Source of the DNA: Nematocida ausubeli
Lineage: Eukaryota
NCBI RefSeq assembly: GCF_000738915.1
Contig: NW_026515636.1
Span: 645,175-709,174, forward strand
Length of the DNA: 64,000 nt
Reading direction: 5' to 3'
Both the position numbers and the translations under genes were made by a program. How positions within the stretch are numbered: position 1 is the first letter of the stretch; the number at the start of each line of letters is the position of its first letter. Below are positions 59,150 through 64,000 of this stretch, piece by piece. Below the pieces are notes generated by a model. It saw nothing but the letters and a program-made list of their open reading frames with translations. It searched no databases and had not been told where the DNA came from.

Positions 59150-61471
59150 ATGCATGGGAGAAGAGCTTTAGTCACTTTCGCATTTGCGTTTATAATACGC
59201 ATTCATATGATATTGTGTGTAGAAGAGGCAGATATAGATAAAAAGATTCTTGACAACCTTCCAAACACAAATAGCACAGAAGAGCCATTCTTTCTAAAGA
59301 TAAACAATTCTCTTACTGCAGATGTGAATGATGTTTTGGCAAATCAGAAACACATAGACAAAACCCCATTTTTAATACACGTTACAAATGTATCTAAGAA
59401 GCTGTTTGCTGCTGTTGATAAGATGCGCACAGAAAATCTATCCAAACCATGCATAGCATATATAGATACTCCTAGCAAGATTATCTCGGGCACATGGAAG
59501 AAGAAACTTCGGAACACCATTACGCTCCGTGGTGTAGCCATGCTCTCCAACAAAGTGATTGTTAAACATAAAAATGGAAAAGACCAGCTAGTTGACTTAT
59601 GTGGTGTGCCAGAGGAGAAAGTAATTGTTATTGAGAATGAAACTGCGGCAGACACATCTGAAAAAGTAGATGTTGCATCTGATATAAAGAAAAAGAGCCT
59701 CTATGTAGCAAATAGTCCATACTCTCTTCCAGATGGATTATATGTCCTATACGCAGGTGCAAGCCTGCATATTAACGTGGATATAAAAAACAAGGCCATT
59801 CATAAGATGTATATTCGCGCAGTCAAGGAAAGCCCAGAAAGAGACACCACTGGTCTTTGCAAGAGAGGCCCATACAGCAGAAGAATGTACGAAGCATTTG
59901 CTGAAGTTTCTACAATGAACATTGCCTTAAGCATTACAGACACTGACATCTTCCAGATCAAGCACGGAAAATTGTTTGTACAATCTGGTGGGATTGAGAT
60001 GGAAGTAGATCGAAAAACCATGAGCATTCAAATTCATGCCCATACGCATGCCTTCTATCCGCTTGGCTTAGTAAAAGAAGTAAAGAAAAAATGGATGTTT
60101 AAAGAATGCCTCAATAAGTTCCGTGTGAACCATCCTCTTCTTAAATACGACAGCTCTGAAATGGTATATCTATACAACCGACCTCGAAGGCATCTAGTAG
60201 AATTATTTGAGCCGCACACCCGGTCAAAGCAGTCACCTCTCAAGAGAGTTATGATAAGTGGGATTTGGCGTCCTTCCGGCCTAGGCATGGTATCAAATAG
60301 ATTTCTGCTTGAGCTTGCTGCATACCAGGATCTATTTGTTAGAGCAGATGCATACAACCACTGGGATATCACCAGCCCCCGTGGAATTAACTACTTCCTC
60401 GCTCAGCTCTACTTGCTGGAAAGTGGGCAAACATCGAAAGCAAAAGCAATGTATCCAGAAGGATCTTTCTCCACACCAGGGGTGGAAATCCAAAATAAAT
60501 TCCCTGCTATTGCTCCTTTGGTGCGCAGTGGATATCCCCGAATATTCATGCACTTGCCATGGGAGTTTAGCCACATTCCGCATGCGTGGACAGAGCCCAT
60601 TCGAAAGGCATCCTCTGTCCAGATTCTGGTGCCTTCTGAATTTGCCCAGAAGGTGCACATGCGGGCAGACATTTCAAAAAAAAGAATTCACATAATACCG
60701 CACGGTGTTGCATATAAATCTCAAAGAAACATGTGGCTGCTGGAAAAAAACCAGAGCTCTATGTCAATAAAGTCTCTCTTTAATGCACCTGATGACTACG
60801 TTAGGTTTGTTATGATCAGCGGGTATTTGAAGAGAAAGGGCATTGACATTGGAATCCGTGCATACACAAAAGCCTTTAAGCACTCCGACAAAGTGGTGCT
60901 TCGCGTGCACTGCGCATATGGAGACCGCCCTGTGTCAAATTACCTGAAAACGCTTATTCAAGAAAACAAGCGAAGGCGCGGCCCAAAAATAATATACACT
61001 GAAGGATATATGTCAGACAAAAAAATACGTGGGCTTTTAATGCACGCGCACTACAATATAGCCCCATATAGAGGTGAGGGCTTTGGCATGAACATTCTTG
61101 ATGGTGCTGCGCATGGTGCTGTTCCCATCGTAACCAAAACACAGCCCGCCACAGAGTTCTGCTCGAAAAAAGGAACATTCTTTATTCGATGCAAGCCATG
61201 CACTGTGACTGGCCTCCCTATTAGAAAGTATCTCACACACTATACCATGTTTGGCGCGCTGATCAAAAAGCCCCCTACCTGGTATAATCCCAGTGAGAAG
61301 CACTTAGTAAAACTCCTACAGAAGGCAGCAAAGATTGCGCATTCTCCAGAGTATACAAAAATGAAGAATGCTTCTGTTGAGAGCGCATCCAAGCAAACCT
61401 GGACCTCTGTGATTTCCCAGCTAAGAAATTTACTTTTTTCGAAAGAAGTGAGTAAGCTTAGAAAATCTTAG
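59150..61471 (+). CDS. GT-B glycosyltransferase (GT4-like) with N-terminal signal/anchor and long N-terminal domain
   Basis: PWEF..IP..W, VPSEF, IHIIPHGV, RKGIDI.I.AY.KAF...D.V.L, PYRGEGFGMNILDGAA.G...IVT. Confidence 0.85.
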   Translation: MHGRRALVTFAFAFIIRIHMILCVEEADIDKKILDNLPNTNSTEEPFFLKINNSLTADVNDVLANQKHIDKTPFLIHVTNVSKKLFAAVDKMRTENLSKPCIAYIDTPSKIISGTWKKKLRNTITLRGVAMLSNKVIVKHKNGKDQLVDLCGVPEEKVIVIENETAADTSEKVDVASDIKKKSLYVANSPYSLPDGLYVLYAGASLHINVDIKNKAIHKMYIRAVKESPERDTTGLCKRGPYSRRMYEAFAEVSTMNIALSITDTDIFQIKHGKLFVQSGGIEMEVDRKTMSIQIHAHTHAFYPLGLVKEVKKKWMFKECLNKFRVNHPLLKYDSSEMVYLYNRPRRHLVELFEPHTRSKQSPLKRVMISGIWRPSGLGMVSNRFLLELAAYQDLFVRADAYNHWDITSPRGINYFLAQLYLLESGQTSKAKAMYPEGSFSTPGVEIQNKFPAIAPLVRSGYPRIFMHLPWEFSHIPHAWTEPIRKASSVQILVPSEFAQKVHMRADISKKRIHIIPHGVAYKSQRNMWLLEKNQSSMSIKSLFNAPDDYVRFVMISGYLKRKGIDIGIRAYTKAFKHSDKVVLRVHCAYGDRPVSNYLKTLIQENKRRRGPKIIYTEGYMSDKKIRGLLMHAHYNIAPYRGEGFGMNILDGAAHGAVPIVTKTQPATEFCSKKGTFFIRCKPCTVTGLPIRKYLTHYTMFGALIKKPPTWYNPSEKHLVKLLQKAAKIAHSPEYTKMKNASVESASKQTWTSVISQLRNLLFSKEVSKLRKS

Positions 61472-61734
61472 AAATAAAAGCTTTCATGTAAAATATTTTT
61501 ATATATAGAGGTTTCTTTCTTAAAAAAGGCAAGAGAACAGGAAAATCCAGAAAAGGAGAAAAATGAAAGAACCTGCATCGGATAGAGTAGAGCATGGAAA
61601 AAACAAATATGTTTCTATGCGCCCATCCAGAGCACGAAAAAGATATTAAAAACAAATTCAGATATAGCATTTTGGTTATATTGATAAGATGTGTATTGAA
61701 TAAAGAATATGGGTGGCATGATAAAGAATACCAC

Positions 61735-62050
61735 TGACGTGCCACGATGGCGGAAGCGTCATAGCCTGGAAGTAATAACCCAAGAGGGACAACATCTTAC
61801 TTAAAGAAGAACTTTTATTCATGTCCTGCGTATCTCGCTGGGATCTTGGATTCATATTTGACTTGCCATGTCCGGTAGTCTTTCTCATAAATTTCATTGC
61901 TCGTTCCATTGTCCACCCTTTGCAGAATTGCATCTGTATTTATAGTAGGTTCTTGACATTGAGATAGCGATGAATTACAATCGCTATCATTTTATTTTTG
62001 AACCCCCTGTCGGTATAAGAAATTTCCGAAGGAGTGGTAATTTTACCACA
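61735..62050 (-). mobile_element. 3' LTR (316 bp) of Ty3/Gypsy element, family A
   Basis: Minus strand: pol stop, polypurine tract AAAGAGGGCAGAA, then TGTGGTAAAATTACCAC ... AATAAA ... GTGGCACGTCA. The end is confirmed by the solo copy ending at 14113. Confidence 0.88.
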
Positions 62051-62071
62051 TTCTGCCCTCTTTAAAGTAAA

Positions 62072-64000
62072 TTATTCCGCTAGACGAATTTGCTTCATAT
62101 TGCATTTGATGAGTTTCTTGTTCTTTCCTTGAAGTGTTAGTTGGTGACCGTCGATCTTCACCACGGGAAAAGGACCTTGCCAGAGGTCCGACAGTTTATC
62201 CCCGTTTGGGTAACACTTGTAATAAACCCGTTGATTTAAGTTTATTTCCCTTCTGTCTGGTTGTTCTTTTAAGCTCAGCTCCTCCTGTTTTTGGATTCGC
62301 TCTTTTATTTTGTTCAGTCTGTCGTTCACATCGATGGGTGTCTTATCTGGATCTAATGGGTGGTATCCATAGACCAATTCAAACGGTGTGCATTCGATTA
62401 TTCTGTGGTAGGTGTAATTGAGTCGTCGGTGTATTTGTGTTACTGCTTGGTTTATTTTTATTTGTGAGTTGTGGCTCAGAATAAATCTAATATCTTGATT
62501 TATCCTTTCTGATATACTGTTTCCAGTAGGGTTGTACGGCGTACTATTAACCTGCCGTATATTCTGAGTCTTACAATAATCTTTCGTGGTTTTTGATGTG
62601 TATTGGAGACCTTGGTCATGCAATACTGTTTCTGGTACCCCATGTGTATTAATCCAGTCTTGTAAAGCCTTGATTACTCGATGGGATGTAATTGCCTTAG
62701 TTGCATACACTTGAGTCCATCTTGTACATCGATCTGTTATTGTGATGAGGTATCGTTTCTTGCCGTCTGTGGGAAGTACGAATGGTCCGAATATATCGGA
62801 ACAGATATGCTTCATGGGTTTGCTTGTGGATAGATGTCCTAATGTTTTCGTTTGACATAGTGTCTTACCTATTATGTTGCGTTGGCAACTTTCACACTTT
62901 TTTCTTTTCTCTTCCACGATTTTGTGTAGGTGTTTACTCTTCCAATGAGGCTGAAGAGTTTTATATAGCTTACTGGAGCCTGGATGGCCTAAGAAGCTAG
63001 ATAAAATTTCCACTCTCTCCTCGGGGTCTTCAATTTTTTGCACCTTTTGTATCACATTATCTCGTTGTGTCTCTTCTGGTAATGTTTTTTGTCGCTTCGT
63101 ATACATTACGGTTGCTAGCTGTACGGTCTTGTTCTCTGCTCTTGATAAATAGTCTGCTACAAGGTTTTTATCCCCTGCGATATGTCTCATCTCCATATCA
63201 TACTCTAATGTCATTATCTTCCATCTTTCAGAGCGAGAGCTATCAAGTGGTTTTCTTGCTAGAATGTTCTTGTTATCCGTGTGTAAATATATTTTTCTTC
63301 CTAGTATTAATATTCTGAAATACTGTAGAGCACTTATTACTGCTAATAATTCTTTTTCCATGATAGTGTAATTCTTTTGTGCTGGGTTTAATGATTTACT
63401 AAATATTCCAATAAGTGTATTTCCTTGTGTTAGAATAGCGCCTATTCCTTTGTCACATGCATCTGTATATAACTGGAAAGGTTCCTTTGGATCTGGGTTG
63501 GCTATTATTAATTGTTTTTCAATAGCATCGAAAATCTTCTGTCTTACTTTTTCATCCTCTTCTGTCCAGCTAATTGGTTTATTCTTTATATCTTGTCTTT
63601 TTCCTCCTTTTAACTTTTCAGTTAATGGCTGTACTGTCTGCGATAGATTTGGGATGTATGGTCTAAACCAATTGAATATGCCTAATAATTTCATGATGCC
63701 TCTCGCGGTCTTTGGCGGAGGTTCTTTCCGTAATTCTGCTATTTTCTGCGTGTCTGCTTGCATTCCTTTTTCTGTAAGAATATTTCCCAAATATGTTACT
63801 CTTCTTTGCAGAAAATGACTCTTTTCAAAGTTAAGTTGAATGTTATGTTCTGCTAGTCGATTTAATACTAGTTGAATGTGTTGCAGATGTTCCTCTAACG
63901 TCTGTGAGAATATGAGGATATCATCCAAGAATATTTTGACAAATGGTAAATCTCCAATTTTATCAAAAATTGTTCTTTGAAAGAAAGCTGGTGCTCCTTT
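62072..64000 (-). CDS. Ty3/Gypsy pol polyprotein (RT-RNase H-integrase), 5' part outside window
   Basis: Open to the window edge. APAFFQR...FLDDILIFS (RT), YTDAC...EKELLAV...TDN...ADYLSR (RNase H), GHPG..C..CQ, SDIFGP/HDQG/SERIN (DDE integrase). Gypsy domain order. Confidence 0.96.
   Translation of the reverse strand, partial: KGAPAFFQRTIFDKIGDLPFVKIFLDDILIFSQTLEEHLQHIQLVLNRLAEHNIQLNFEKSHFLQRRVTYLGNILTEKGMQADTQKIAELRKEPPPKTARGIMKLLGIFNWFRPYIPNLSQTVQPLTEKLKGGKRQDIKNKPISWTEEDEKVRQKIFDAIEKQLIIANPDPKEPFQLYTDACDKGIGAILTQGNTLIGIFSKSLNPAQKNYTIMEKELLAVISALQYFRILILGRKIYLHTDNKNILARKPLDSSRSERWKIMTLEYDMEMRHIAGDKNLVADYLSRAENKTVQLATVMYTKRQKTLPEETQRDNVIQKVQKIEDPEERVEILSSFLGHPGSSKLYKTLQPHWKSKHLHKIVEEKRKKCESCQRNIIGKTLCQTKTLGHLSTSKPMKHICSDIFGPFVLPTDGKKRYLITITDRCTRWTQVYATKAITSHRVIKALQDWINTHGVPETVLHDQGLQYTSKTTKDYCKTQNIRQVNSTPYNPTGNSISERINQDIRFILSHNSQIKINQAVTQIHRRLNYTYHRIIECTPFELVYGYHPLDPDKTPIDVNDRLNKIKERIQKQEELSLKEQPDRREINLNQRVYYKCYPNGDKLSDLWQGPFPVVKIDGHQLTLQGKNKKLIKCNMKQIRLAE

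Noticed and set aside
61676..61933. 85-aa minus-strand ORF
   Set aside because: Lies within the LTR; no coding evidence.

Overview
Intron-free, gene-dense eukaryotic DNA with highly divergent housekeeping proteins, start codons in an AAATTT/CCC context and stop codons fused to AATAAA. This points to a microsporidian, most plausibly Nematocida or a relative (inference, no database search). About 35 protein genes are supportable, including CDC7 (partial), ELP3, DBP2, RPS13, TMA7, RPS25, RPN11, SMC6, SMC1, MCM5, beta-COP, RACK1, DPH2, proteasome alpha2, a BET protein, two ABCG-like paralogues, a secreted tyrosinase, a GT4 glycosyltransferase, and INTS9-like and TEL2-like proteins. There is one tRNA-Gly(TCC). 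The window ends in a young Ty3/Gypsy retrotransposon with its 3' LTR. Tight gene clusters alternate with AT-rich spacers carrying solo LTRs, a foldback element and a dispersed ~290-bp repeat. The most striking unexplained signal is a telomere-like tandem motif, GGGTTA(TA)TC / ATATAACCCG, found as at least 15 short intergenic arrays. Several sit exactly at truncation points of repeat fragments in the polarity expected for telomerase addition. An old LTR copy also shows strong CpG-to-TpG/CpA decay, suggesting cytosine methylation of repeats.
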